From contig JBEHXI010000001.1 in the NCBI GenBank assembly GCA_048498775.1, forward strand, positions 48,485-112,484: a DNA stretch of 64,000 nucleotides, given 5' to 3'. Under the pieces are notes generated by a model. That model was not told the origin of the DNA and did no database searches. It worked only from the letters and a program-made list of their open reading frames with translations. The translations under genes were made by a program, and so were the position numbers. This DNA is from Actinomycetota bacterium (GTDB lineage: Bacteria; Actinomycetota; Actinomycetes; Streptomycetales; Streptomycetaceae). Shown in pieces: positions 36,685 through 45,970 of the stretch (position 1 is its first letter; the number at the start of each line of letters is the position of its first letter).

Positions 36685-37494
36685 TCAGGCCCCAGTGGGC
36701 GCCGCGGCGGTCGGCGTGGCGGGCGGCGCCGAGGGAGTGCCCTGGGCCGGGGCGGTGCCCGTGGTCGCGGGGCCCGTCGCCGGGGCGGTCGGGGTGTCCC
36801 CGCCCGCGCCGGGGCTCGCGGTGGTGCCGGCCGGTGTGGGCGTGGCGCCGCCGGTCGGGGCGCCGGGCGCTTGCGAACCGGCCGGGGCGGTGCCCGTCGT
36901 CGCGGGGGCCGCGGGCGTGGCCGGGCCGGTGGGCCGCGGCGCGGGACCGGTGCCGCCGCCGAGGACCTGGGAGATGCTGGGCGCGCTCCCGCCGGCCTTG
37001 CCGAACCACCCGGCGATGGGCCCGGTGACCAGCTCGATCCCGGTGATCACCAGCAGGGCCGTCGCGAAGACCACCGCCGCGGCCGGCAGCAGGCGGCGGC
37101 GCCCCCGCCACCGGGTGCCGTGCACGGTGCCCGGGCTGTAGGGCGCGGCGGCGTCCAGGCGTACCGCGGCGGCCTCGTCGCGGAATCCGGCCCGGTCGTA
37201 GCTCGGTACGGCCCCGGGCACCCCGGCCGTCGCGGCCGGCACGTCGGCCGGGTGGGCGCGGCGGCGCGGGCGGGTGAGGACGCCCACCTCGCGCAGCTGC
37301 TCGCCGGTGCGCCGGAAGAGATGCTGGTAGACGGCGCCGACGCTGGTCGCCACCACGCTCATCACGGCGGCGCCGATGACCGTTCCGTACACGCCGAGGA
37401 ACGAGGCCAGCACCGCGGCCGTCACGGTGGCCGCCGCGCTGCCGGCGACCTGGGCGAGGCTGATCTCGATCCGCCTGCCGCGGGGCTTCACCAT
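36685..37494 (-). CDS. hypothetical membrane protein with Pro/Thr/Ala/Gly low-complexity C-terminal tail
   Basis: ATG after GAAGGAGGGG with 6-nt spacing. Two or three TM helices. The last 100 aa or so are PTAG-rich. Confidence 0.6.
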   Translation of the reverse strand: MVKPRGRRIEISLAQVAGSAAATVTAAVLASFLGVYGTVIGAAVMSVVATSVGAVYQHLFRRTGEQLREVGVLTRPRRRAHPADVPAATAGVPGAVPSYDRAGFRDEAAAVRLDAAAPYSPGTVHGTRWRGRRRLLPAAAVVFATALLVITGIELVTGPIAGWFGKAGGSAPSISQVLGGGTGPAPRPTGPATPAAPATTGTAPAGSQAPGAPTGGATPTPAGTTASPGAGGDTPTAPATGPATTGTAPAQGTPSAPPATPTAAAPTGA

Positions 37495-37675
37495 GCTCGG
37501 CCCCTCCTTCGCGCTCTCGGCCATCGCCGCCCTTCGTCGTTGCCTGACCGGTGTGTTTCCCATGTCTTCCCCCACACCAGACATCTGGACTACACCAAAG
37601 GTTCCGATTCGGGCGAAGTTGTGAACATCGCCACGCTTCCTCATGAGCCGTCCCGCCGAACCGGGCACCGCGTCC

Positions 37676-37700
37676 GTTTCCCCTCCCGGGGCCGGGGTAG
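37676..37700 (+). promoter_or_regulatory. possible SigB-type stress promoter (GTTT-N15-GGGTAG) upstream of the SDR gene
   Basis: GTTT at 37676-37679 and GGGTAG at 37695-37700, 47 nt upstream of the ATG. Matches the GNNTN-N14-16-GGGTAY pattern I recall for actinobacterial SigB-like sigma factors. Confidence 0.3.
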
Positions 37701-37746
37701 GTCCCTGAGCTGTCCCGACAGTCCGGTACATATCAGGAGGATCCTC

Positions 37747-38586
37747 ATGAGCCAGCCCGCCCAGCAGCAGGAGCCCCCGGGCACCGAGCCGGCGATGCGG
37801 CCCCGGCCGGACCACGGGGAGCACAGCTACCGGGGATCGGGCCGGCTGGCCGGGAAGGCCGCCGTGATCACCGGCGCGGACAGCGGCATCGGCAAGGCGG
37901 TCGCCATCGCCTACGCCCGGGAGGGCGCGGACGTCCTGATCTCGTACCTGGACGAGCATGAGGACGCCCAGGACACGGCGCGCTGGGTGGAGGAGGCGGG
38001 CCGCAAGGCGGTGCTCGTCCCGGGGGACCTGACCGACCCGGCGCACTGCCGGGAGGTGATCGACCAGGCGGTCGCCGCGTTCGGCCGGATCGACGTCCTG
38101 GTCAGCAACGCCGCCTACCAGATGACCCACGAGTCGCTGGAGGAGATCACCGACGAGGAGTGGGACCACACCCTGGCGCTCAACCTCAGCGCGATGTTCC
38201 GGCTGTGCAAGGCGGCGCTGCCCCACATGGGGCCGGGATCGTCGATCATCGGGACGACGTCGGTCAACTCCGACACCCCGAAGCCGACACTGCTGCCCTA
38301 TGACGTGACGAAGGCGGGCATCGCCAACATGGTCGCGGCGATGGCCCAGTTGCTCGGCGAGCGGGGCATCCGCGTCAACAGCGTGGCGCCCGGGCCGATC
38401 TGGACGCCGCTGATCCCCTCGACGATGCCGCCCGAGCAGGTCGAGGAGTTCGGGCGGCAGGTGCCGCTGGGCCGCCCCGGGCAGCCCGCCGAGGTCGCCC
38501 CGGTCTATGTGCTGCTCGCCTCGGACGAGGGCTCCTACGTCTCCGGGGCCCGGGTGGCCGTCACCGGCGGCCGGCCGATCCTCTGA
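37747..38586 (+). CDS. SDR-family oxidoreductase (YghA / general stress protein 39-like)
   Basis: GGAGGA RBS. Motifs GKAAVITGADSGIGKA, NAAYQ, YDVTKAGI, VNSVAPGPIWTPL. Confidence 0.9.
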   Translation: MSQPAQQQEPPGTEPAMRPRPDHGEHSYRGSGRLAGKAAVITGADSGIGKAVAIAYAREGADVLISYLDEHEDAQDTARWVEEAGRKAVLVPGDLTDPAHCREVIDQAVAAFGRIDVLVSNAAYQMTHESLEEITDEEWDHTLALNLSAMFRLCKAALPHMGPGSSIIGTTSVNSDTPKPTLLPYDVTKAGIANMVAAMAQLLGERGIRVNSVAPGPIWTPLIPSTMPPEQVEEFGRQVPLGRPGQPAEVAPVYVLLASDEGSYVSGARVAVTGGRPIL

Positions 38587-38614
38587 CGGGTCCGGCCGGC
38601 CGCGGGACGCGCGC

Positions 38615-39487
38615 TCAGACCGCCTTGGTGAGCGCCTCGAAGGCGTCGTCGGACAACTCGATCCCGGCGGCGCCGACGTTCTCCTCCAGGTGCGCCACCG
38701 AGGAGGTGCCCGGGATCGGCAGCATCACCGGGGAGCGGCGCAGCAGCCACGCCAGGGCGAGCTGGGCGGGTGTGGCCCCGTGCTCGCGGGCGGCCACGTC
38801 CAGCGGGCCGCCCGGCCGGGCCAGCTCTCCGGTGGCCACCGGGAACCACGGGATGAAGGCGACGCCGTTGCGCTCGGCGTACTCCAGGACGTCCTCGGAC
38901 CTGCGCTCGGCGAGGTTGTAGAGGTTCTGCACGGAGACGATCCCGGTGATCGCCCGGGCCTCCTCCAGCTCCGCCACCGACACCTCGGACAGGCCGATGT
39001 GGCGGATCTTCCCCTCATGCCGCAGCTCGGCCAGCACGCCGAGCTGGTCGGCGAGCGGCACCTGCGGGTCGATCCGGTGCAGCTGGTAGAGGTCGATGCG
39101 TTCGACGCCCAGGTGCCGCAGGCTCAGTTCGGCCTGCTGGCGCAGGTACTCGGGGCGGCCGACGGGCGTCCAGATGTCGGGGCCCTGCCGGGTCAGGCCG
39201 CCCTTGGTGGCGATGACCAGGTCGTCGGCGTAGGGGTGCAGTGCCTCGCGGATGATCTGCTCGCTGACGAACGGGCCGTAGGAGTCCGCGGTGTCGATGA
39301 AGTTCACGCCGAGCTCGACCGCGCGGCGCAGCACCCGGACGGCCTCGGCGCGGTCGCGGGGCTCGCCCCAGATGCCCGGGCCGGTCAGGCGCATGGCGCC
39401 GTAGCCGAGCCGGTGGACGGGCAGGTCGCCGCCGATGGCGAAGGTGCCGCTCGCGGCGGCGGGGCGCCCGGCGGAAGTGGTGCTCAC
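38615..39487 (-). CDS. aldo/keto reductase
   Basis: 290 aa from GTG (VSTTSAG). Motifs [47 protein letters not shown]. Confidence 0.9.
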   Translation of the reverse strand: MSTTSAGRPAAASGTFAIGGDLPVHRLGYGAMRLTGPGIWGEPRDRAEAVRVLRRAVELGVNFIDTADSYGPFVSEQIIREALHPYADDLVIATKGGLTRQGPDIWTPVGRPEYLRQQAELSLRHLGVERIDLYQLHRIDPQVPLADQLGVLAELRHEGKIRHIGLSEVSVAELEEARAITGIVSVQNLYNLAERRSEDVLEYAERNGVAFIPWFPVATGELARPGGPLDVAAREHGATPAQLALAWLLRRSPVMLPIPGTSSVAHLEENVGAAGIELSDDAFEALTKAV

Positions 39488-39816
39488 GGTGGTCGCGTCC
39501 TCTCGTGGGGGTTGCGTCGCGGTTGCGGACAACCGGGCCGGGCGGAGATCCATTCCCGCTCCGGCGCGCGGGTCGCCTGCCCGCGACCCGCCACCCCACG
39601 CGCCAAGAGCTCCTGACAGAGTGAGCGCCCGGCCCGCGACGCCTGGCACCGCACCTCGCCGTGTTGTCGGGATCGTCCGAGTACGCCCAGTACGAGGACG
39701 ACCCTCCGCCTTGCGATGCACGGCACCAGCTTCGCTGCGCTCCGCCTCTGCTCTGATGACGTCCTGCGGATGCAGAGCCCCCGCGGGCTGATCGACCGCC
39801 TACTCTGCCGGGAGCT

Positions 39817-40383
39817 CTACTGGCCCACCCGCCCGTCGATCCGCTCGCGCAGCAGGTCGGCGTGGCCGTTGTGCCGGGCGTACTCCTCCACCATGTGCAC
39901 CAGCAGTTCGCGCAGCGACATCGGCCCGTGGCCGGGGATGTCGACGGTGGCGCCGAGATCGGGCGACTGCGCCACGAAGCGGTCCGCGAACGCGATCTCG
40001 GCGCGCCACTTCTCCCACGCGTCGGCGACGACGTCCGGGTCGGGCACCGCGCCGTCGAACTCCCCGTCCGGTTCGCTCGGCGAGCAGAACAGCGGCGGGA
40101 CGTCCTGCCCGGCGAACCTGCGCCGGAACCAGATCCGCTCCACCTCGGCCATGTGCCGTACCAGTCCCAGCAGGGACAGCGTGGAGGGTTCCACCGAGCG
40201 GCGCGCGAGGGCCGCGGCGTCCAGCCCGGCGCACTTCAGCTCCAGCGTGAGGCGCTGGTAGCGCAGGAACTCCATGAGCGTGGCGCGTTCGTCGCCCAGT
40301 GAGGGCCCGTTCTCCCGGGGGTCGTCCTCGGCGGGCAGGAACATGTCGGCTCTGGGGCGGGGGTCACTCATGGCGGCCATCAT
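39817..40383 (-). CDS. DinB/DUF664-family (mycothiol-dependent-enzyme-like) protein
   Basis: Motifs RATLMEFLRYQRLTLELKCAGL, LLGLVRHMAEVE, LLVHMVEEYARHNGHADLLRE. The start (ATG 40383 or 40371) is uncertain. Confidence 0.8.
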   Translation of the reverse strand: MMAAMSDPRPRADMFLPAEDDPRENGPSLGDERATLMEFLRYQRLTLELKCAGLDAAALARRSVEPSTLSLLGLVRHMAEVERIWFRRRFAGQDVPPLFCSPSEPDGEFDGAVPDPDVVADAWEKWRAEIAFADRFVAQSPDLGATVDIPGHGPMSLRELLVHMVEEYARHNGHADLLRERIDGRVGQ

Positions 40384-40502
40384 GGGTGCCGTGCCCGCCG
40401 GACCGCCACGGGTTTTCCCGGGGCCCCGGCAATCGCCGGGCGCCCCGGTCCTGGGATCAGCGGACCCTGGATAGGCCACGCGCCGCCGCGCATCCTGGGC
40501 GG

Positions 40503-41348
40503 GTGGACCGCACCGGACTCGCCGACTTCCTGCGCCGCGCCCGCGAACGGCTCGCGCCCGCCGACGTCGGACTCCCCTCGGGCGCGCGCCGCCGCACCCC
40601 GGGGCTGCGCCGCGAGGAGGTGGCCTGGCTCGCGGGGATGTCCGCGGACTACTACCGGCGGCTGGAGCAGGCCCGCGGGCCGCGCCCGTCCGGGCGGATC
40701 CTGTCCGCGATCGCCCGCGGGCTGCGGCTGACCGGCGAGGAGCGGGACCATCTGTTCCGCCTCGCCGGCGAGGAACCGCCGCGTGACCGGTGGCTGGACG
40801 CCCATGTGCGGCCCGGGCTGCTGCTGATCCTGGACCGGCTGGACGACACCCCCGCCCAGGTGATCGGCTACGCGGGGGACGTGCTGGCGCAGAACCCGAT
40901 GTCCGCGGCCCTGTTCGGGGACCTCACGGCGCGGCCGCCGGAGGAGCGCAACATCGCGGTGCGGTTCTTCACCGACCCCGCGGCGCGCGCCCTGTTTCCT
41001 CCGGAGGACCTCGCCGGGCACGCCCGGCGGCACGTCGGCGATCTGCGGGCGGTGCTCGCCGCCCGGCCCGGCGACGCCCATGTGGCCCGGATCGTGCGCC
41101 GGCTGCGCGGCGGCAGCGCCGAGTTCGAGCGGCTGTGGTCCGGGCCCGGGCCGGGGGTGTGCCGCCAGGACACCGTGCGCGTCCGGCATCCGGTGGTCGG
41201 GCCGCTGGAGCTGCGGCGGGAGGTGCTGCTCAGCGGGGAGGACGAGCAGCGGCTGGTCGTGCTCACGGCGCGGCCCGGCGGCGAGTCCCACGAGCGGCTG
41301 CGGCTGCTGCGGGTGGTCGGTCTGCAGGACTTCGGCGGCGGTGGCTGA
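40503..41348 (+). CDS. MmyB-like XRE-family transcriptional regulator
   Basis: GTG start. HTH block LADFLRRARERL.PADVGLPSG.RRRTPGLRREEVAWLAGMSADYYRRLEQ, then an MmyB-type ligand-binding-like C-terminal domain. Confidence 0.85.
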   Translation: MDRTGLADFLRRARERLAPADVGLPSGARRRTPGLRREEVAWLAGMSADYYRRLEQARGPRPSGRILSAIARGLRLTGEERDHLFRLAGEEPPRDRWLDAHVRPGLLLILDRLDDTPAQVIGYAGDVLAQNPMSAALFGDLTARPPEERNIAVRFFTDPAARALFPPEDLAGHARRHVGDLRAVLAARPGDAHVARIVRRLRGGSAEFERLWSGPGPGVCRQDTVRVRHPVVGPLELRREVLLSGEDEQRLVVLTARPGGESHERLRLLRVVGLQDFGGGG

Positions 41349-41374
41349 GCGGCCGGTGCGGCGGCCCGGCCGCT
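41348..41374. terminator. stem-loop between convergent MmyB-like and integrase-like genes
   Basis: 9-bp stem AGCGGCCGG / CCGGCCGCT with a 9-nt loop, overlapping the TGA at 41346-41348. Confidence 0.4.
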
Positions 41375-41390
41375 CGGTCGCCGGACCGGG

Positions 41391-41792
41391 TCAGCCGCTC
41401 GCGGCGCGGTGGCGTTTGCCGCCGGTGCGGAAGGCGTGGATCGGGTGGCCCTGGTCCTCGGCGGCCTGGACCACGACCTCCCAGCTGAGCGTCCGGCCGC
41501 CGATGGCGAAGACCGGTCCGGCCGTGCGGTCGCCGACCACCTCGTGCAGCAGGGCGGCGGCCCGTTCGCTCAACGGCACCCGGACGCCCGGCCCCGCACC
41601 GCCCTGGGTGATGACCAGTTCCGCCGCGTCGAAGCGGACGTCCCGCACGTCGAGCGCCAGCAGGTCGAGGACCCGCACGCCGTCCTCCCACAGCAGCAGC
41701 CACAGCGCCCGGTGCACGACGGGGATGGCCTCGTCGGCGAGGAGTTCCTCCAGCCGGGCGCTGGTGATGATCGGATCGGCCGTGAGTGACAT
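41391..41792 (-). CDS. hypothetical protein resembling a fragment of a tyrosine-recombinase (phage integrase) catalytic domain
   Basis: 133 aa with very high GC3. LWLLLWEDGVRVLDLLALDVRDVRFD...VPLSERAAALL...GPVF resembles the arm around the catalytic Arg. It lacks the N-terminal core-binding domain and the C-terminal His/Tyr region. Confidence 0.5.
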   Translation of the reverse strand: MSLTADPIITSARLEELLADEAIPVVHRALWLLLWEDGVRVLDLLALDVRDVRFDAAELVITQGGAGPGVRVPLSERAAALLHEVVGDRTAGPVFAIGGRTLSWEVVVQAAEDQGHPIHAFRTGGKRHRAASG

Positions 41793-41939
41793 GGCCCCGC
41801 AGCATGCCGCCCGGATCACCTGAGTGAACAGGCCTGGAGACGAACGCAACCAATTCGTGACCATTTCCGCGGCCGATTCTCGCCCTGGAGGACTCCAGGC
41901 GTTCGCTCTTTTCGCTGCCTTGACGCTCGTTTCAGGTGT

Positions 41940-41989
41940 AATTGATTGCCAGGACAATCGATTCGCGCGTAGCGTCTGCATAATCGATT
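41940..41989. promoter_or_regulatory. three AAT(C/T)GATT palindromic boxes in the aminotransferase promoter region
   Basis: AATTGATT at 41940-41947, AATCGATT at 41956-41963, AATCGATT at 41982-41989. Possible promoter TTGCCA (41946-51)-N18-TAGCGT (41970-75). AGGAGG RBS at 41995-42000. Confidence 0.4.
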
Positions 41990-42005
41990 CCCTCAGGAGG
42001 TAGGC

Positions 42006-43370
42006 ATGGCCATCGACCGGGACCGGCTGCGGCACCTGCTCGCCCGCGAGACGTCACAGGCCGCCGCGCGCAACCCCCGCTCCCACGCCGCCTACCAGGC
42101 GGCCGGCCACCTCTTCGGCCGGGTGCCGATGACGTGGATGAACAAGAACGCCGCGGCCTTCCCGCTCTACCTGCGCGGAGCGCGCGGGGCCCGGGTGGAG
42201 GACATCGACGGGCACGCGTACGTGGACTTCTGCCTCGGCGACACCGGCGCCATGGCGGGCCACTCCCCCGCGCCGGTCGCCGCGGCCGTGGACCGCCGCT
42301 ACCGGGAGCAGGGCGGCGCCACCGCGATGCTGCCGACCGAGGACGCCGAGTGGGTCGGCGCCGAGCTCACCCGCCGCTTCGGGCTGCCCCGCTGGTCGTT
42401 CTCCCTGACGGCCACCGACGCCAACCGCTGGGCCATCCGGCTGGCCCGCGCCGTCACCGGCCGCCCGAAGATCCTGGTGAACAGCTACTGCTACCACGGC
42501 AGCGTGGACGAGTCGCTGATCGTCACCGGCCCCGACGGCCGCGGCACCGCCCGCCCGGGCAACGTCGGCGCGCCCTGCGACGTGACGCTGACCAGCCGGG
42601 TCGCCGAGTTCAACGACCTGGCCGGGCTGGAGCGGGAGCTGGCGCACGGCGACGTGGCGGCGGTGCTGATGGAGCCCGCGCTGACCAACATCGGGATCGT
42701 GCTGCCGGAGCCCGGCTACCTCGACGGCGTCCGGGAGCTGACCCGCGCGCACGGCACGCTGCTGATCAACGACGAGACCCACACCTTCTCGGCCGGCCCG
42801 GGCGGCTGCACGGCCGCGTGGGGCCTGAGCCCGGACATCCTCACCATCGGCAAGGCGATCGGCGGCGGCATCCCGGCCGGCGCCTACGGGCTGTCCGCCG
42901 AACTCGCCGACCGGCTGCTGGGCCGCGACGACCTGGACCTCGTCGACATGGGCGGCGTCGGCGGCACCCTGGCCGGCAACGCCCTGTCCGTCGCCGCCAT
43001 GCGCGCCACCCTGGAGGAGGTCCTGACCGACGAGGCGTTCACCGCCATGGACGCGCTGTCGGCGCGTTTCGAGGCGGGCGTGCGCGGCGCCCTGGACGCC
43101 TTCGGACTGCCCTGGTCGGTCAGCCGCCTGGGGGCCCGCACCGAGTACCGCTTCACCTCCCCGGCGCCCCGCGACGGCACCGCGTCCGCCGCGAGCGCCG
43201 ACGCCGAACTGGAGGACTTCCTGCACCTGTGGATGGCCAACCGCGGCGTCCTGCTGACCCCGTTCCACAACATGGCGCTGATGTGCCCGGCCACCACCGA
43301 GGCGGACGTCGACACCCACACCGCCCTGTTCACCGCGGCCCTGGCCGAGCTCACCGGCGCGCAGGACTGA
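42006..43370 (+). CDS. class-III PLP-dependent aminotransferase / aminomutase (GSA-aminomutase-like)
   Basis: 454 aa. Motifs YVDFCLGDTGAMAGHSP, YHGS, LINDETHT, ILTIGKAIGGGIPAGAYG (the PLP lysine lies in TIGKAIGGG). Confidence 0.9.
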   Translation: MAIDRDRLRHLLARETSQAAARNPRSHAAYQAAGHLFGRVPMTWMNKNAAAFPLYLRGARGARVEDIDGHAYVDFCLGDTGAMAGHSPAPVAAAVDRRYREQGGATAMLPTEDAEWVGAELTRRFGLPRWSFSLTATDANRWAIRLARAVTGRPKILVNSYCYHGSVDESLIVTGPDGRGTARPGNVGAPCDVTLTSRVAEFNDLAGLERELAHGDVAAVLMEPALTNIGIVLPEPGYLDGVRELTRAHGTLLINDETHTFSAGPGGCTAAWGLSPDILTIGKAIGGGIPAGAYGLSAELADRLLGRDDLDLVDMGGVGGTLAGNALSVAAMRATLEEVLTDEAFTAMDALSARFEAGVRGALDAFGLPWSVSRLGARTEYRFTSPAPRDGTASAASADAELEDFLHLWMANRGVLLTPFHNMALMCPATTEADVDTHTALFTAALAELTGAQD

Positions 43371-43382
43371 CAAGCTGGGCCC

Positions 43383-43823
43383 GTGGACGACATCGACCGC
43401 GCGATCCTGCGCGAACTCCAGACCGACGGCCGCATCCCGTACGCCGAACTCGGCCCGCGGGTGGGCCTGTCCGCCTCCGCGGCCCGGCAGCGCCTGCAAC
43501 GCCTCATCGACAGCAAGGTCGTGCAGGTCGTCGGCGTCACCGATCCCATGGCGATGGGCGGGCAGGCCATGGCGCTGCTCGGCGTCACCGTCGACGGCGA
43601 TCCGCGGGCCGTCGCCGACGCGCTGGCCCGCTGCGAGGAGGTCATCTACACCGTCCTGACCGCGGGGATCTTCCACCTGTTCACGGAGGTCGTCTGCCCC
43701 TCCCCGGCCGCGCTGCTGGACTTCGTCAACGACGTGGTCCGGCCGATCGACGGGGTGGCCGCGGTGCAGCAGTTCCCCTACTTCGCCATCCACACCCACC
43801 GCTTCCTGTGGAACGTGGGGTGA
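43383..43823 (+). CDS. Lrp/AsnC-family transcriptional regulator
   Basis: 146 aa. DDIDRAILRELQTDGRIPYAELGPRVGLSASAARQRLQRL plus a RAM domain. Starts 12 nt after the aminotransferase stop. Confidence 0.9.
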   Translation: MDDIDRAILRELQTDGRIPYAELGPRVGLSASAARQRLQRLIDSKVVQVVGVTDPMAMGGQAMALLGVTVDGDPRAVADALARCEEVIYTVLTAGIFHLFTEVVCPSPAALLDFVNDVVRPIDGVAAVQQFPYFAIHTHRFLWNVG

Positions 43824-43938
43824 CGCCCGCCCCGGTGACGGCACCCTGACCGGGGGCGGGCGGGTGCGCGGCCCGCGCCGGTGCCACCGATACTTGCCCG
43901 AGGACGGCAGCGGGCCGTCCCGGGTATGGAGGTGGGCG

Positions 43939-45072
43939 GTGGGTTTCGCGACGCTCGCGGTGGTCTCGCTGGTGGCGCTGCTGGGCCCGCTGCTCGCGCT
44001 GCCGCGGCGCTGGCACCTGCCCGTCGTGGTGGGTGAGCTGGCCGCCGGGGTGCTGCTCGGGCCGAGCGCGGCGGGCCTGCTGCACGCGGGTGACCCGGCG
44101 TTCGCCTTCCTGGCCGACCTCGGCTTCGCGTTGATCATGTTCGTGGCGGGCTCGCACGTGCCGGTGCGCAACGCCAATCTGCGGTCGGGGCTGCGCGCGG
44201 GCGCCTGGCGCGCCCTGGCGGTGGCGGTGGTCGCGGTGCCGGCCGCCTACGCGGTGGCGCGGCTGTTCGGCACCGGGCACGGCGCGCTGTACGCGGTGCT
44301 GATGGCCTCCTCGTCCGCCGCCCTGGTGCTGTCGATCACCGGGCCGCTGGGACTGGGCGGCCCGAAGGTCCTCCAGATGCTGCCGCAGGTCGCCCTCGCG
44401 GACACGGCGTGCATCGTGGCGCTGCCACTGGCCATCGACCCGGGCCGGGCGGGGCCGGCCGCGCTCGGCACCCTGGCGGTGCTCGGCAGCGCGGCGGTGC
44501 TCTTCGTGGTGCTGCGGCACTTCGAGCGCAACGGGGTGCGGCGGCGGCTGCACCAGGTCTCCGAGCAGCGCGGGTTCGCCCTGGAACTGCGCATCAGCCT
44601 GGCGATCCTGTTCGCGCTCGCCGCGCTCGCGGTGCGCACCCAGGTGTCGATCATGCTGGCCGGGTTCTGCTTCGGCCTGGTGGTGGCCGCGATCGGTGAA
44701 CCCAGGCGGCTGGCACGGCAGTTGTTCGCGGTGACCGAGGGCTTCCTCGGCCCGCTGTTCTTCGTCTGGCTGGGTGCCTCACTGGACCTGAGCGGGCTGG
44801 CCCGGCGGCCCTCGTTCATCCTGCTCGGGCTGGCGCTGGGCGCCGGCGCGGTGCTGGTGCACGTCACGATGCGGCTGACCGGTCAGCCGCTGCCGCTGGG
44901 CGCGCTGGCCGCCGCGCAGGTCGGGGTGCCGGTGGCGGCCGCCACGCTCGGCACCCAGCGGGGGCTGCTGCTGCCGGGCGAGGCGGCGGCGCTGATGCTG
45001 GGGGCGCTCGTGACGATGGCGGTCGCGGCGCTGGCCGGGGGATGGGCCGTCCGGGCCGGGCTGAGGTCGTGA
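43939..45072 (+). CDS. cation:proton antiporter (Na+/H+ exchanger, CPA family)
   Basis: GTG after GGAGG with 6-nt spacing. Motifs VVGELAAGVLLGPS, LGFALIMFVAGSH; about 11 TM segments. Confidence 0.85.
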   Translation: MGFATLAVVSLVALLGPLLALPRRWHLPVVVGELAAGVLLGPSAAGLLHAGDPAFAFLADLGFALIMFVAGSHVPVRNANLRSGLRAGAWRALAVAVVAVPAAYAVARLFGTGHGALYAVLMASSSAALVLSITGPLGLGGPKVLQMLPQVALADTACIVALPLAIDPGRAGPAALGTLAVLGSAAVLFVVLRHFERNGVRRRLHQVSEQRGFALELRISLAILFALAALAVRTQVSIMLAGFCFGLVVAAIGEPRRLARQLFAVTEGFLGPLFFVWLGASLDLSGLARRPSFILLGLALGAGAVLVHVTMRLTGQPLPLGALAAAQVGVPVAAATLGTQRGLLLPGEAAALMLGALVTMAVAALAGGWAVRAGLRS

Positions 45073-45087
45073 ACCGGCGGGCGTCCT

Positions 45088-45882
45088 TCACCAGCGCGGT
45101 GGCGTGCGCGGGAAGCGGGCCATCGGGCCGAACGGCCGGTCGGTGATCGCGGCACGGTGGGTGAGCCAGCCGAGCAGCGCCAGGCTCCCGGCGGCGATGA
45201 CCAGGTAGCCGGCGAAGGTGCCGGCGCTGTCCCACAGCGCGTGCAGCACCACCACGGCCGCGAACACCGCCACGAACCGCCGCACCCCGCGCCCGCTCCA
45301 GCCCTCGGCGTGCGCGGTCCACAGCGCGGCGGCCGCCGCGCCCGTCCACGCCATGTGGCCGGCCGGGCTCAGCAGCCCGCGCAGCACCAGCAGATCCTCC
45401 ACCGCGACGATGTCACCGCGGCTGCGGACCAGCGCGACGAACGCGTACCCCATCGTCTCCAGCGCGGCGAACCCCGCCCCGGAGGCGACGCCGATGAGTA
45501 TGCCGTCCGACGGCCGCCGGTAGCGCGTCAGCAGCAGCACACCCAGCGGCACCGCCAGCTTGGCGGCCTCCTCGATGAGCGCGACGGCGGTCATCGGCAG
45601 GACGCCCAGCCGCAGCAGGGTGTGGAACTCCAGCACCCCCGCCACCACGGTGCCGATCACCCCGCCGAGCAGCGCGGTACCGAACACCACACCGGCCGGA
45701 ACGTCGTACGGCAGCCGCCGTCCCGCGACGAACAGCACGAACGCGAACGGCACCACGGACGCGCCGAGCAGGATCACCGAGGGCAGGAAGTTCGGGTCGG
45801 CGGTGTCCACCAGCGCCTGCTGGTCGACGAAGAACAGCACCAGACCCAGCACGAGCGCTCCGGCCCAGGCATGACGGCGCAT
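45088..45882 (-). CDS. PrsW-family intramembrane metalloprotease
   Basis: 264 aa from MRRHAWAG. Motifs LIEEAAKL, GAGFAALE and HALWD in a polytopic membrane protein. Confidence 0.85.
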   Translation of the reverse strand: MRRHAWAGALVLGLVLFFVDQQALVDTADPNFLPSVILLGASVVPFAFVLFVAGRRLPYDVPAGVVFGTALLGGVIGTVVAGVLEFHTLLRLGVLPMTAVALIEEAAKLAVPLGVLLLTRYRRPSDGILIGVASGAGFAALETMGYAFVALVRSRGDIVAVEDLLVLRGLLSPAGHMAWTGAAAAALWTAHAEGWSGRGVRRFVAVFAAVVVLHALWDSAGTFAGYLVIAAGSLALLGWLTHRAAITDRPFGPMARFPRTPPRW

Positions 45883-45970
45883 CGGCTCCCCTTGTCCCCT
45901 TGTCCTCTTGCCCTCGTCGAACGGCCCGCCGCTGTCCGTGACACGGACCGGCCGGGCATCCGGCGGCCGT

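Noticed and set aside
41391-41792. Calling a mobile element or genomic island from the integrase-like ORF.
   Set aside because: The ORF is only a partial recombinase-like domain. No flanking tRNA, inverted or direct repeats, transposase, or phage or conjugation genes are visible. The evidence is too thin for a mobile_element feature.
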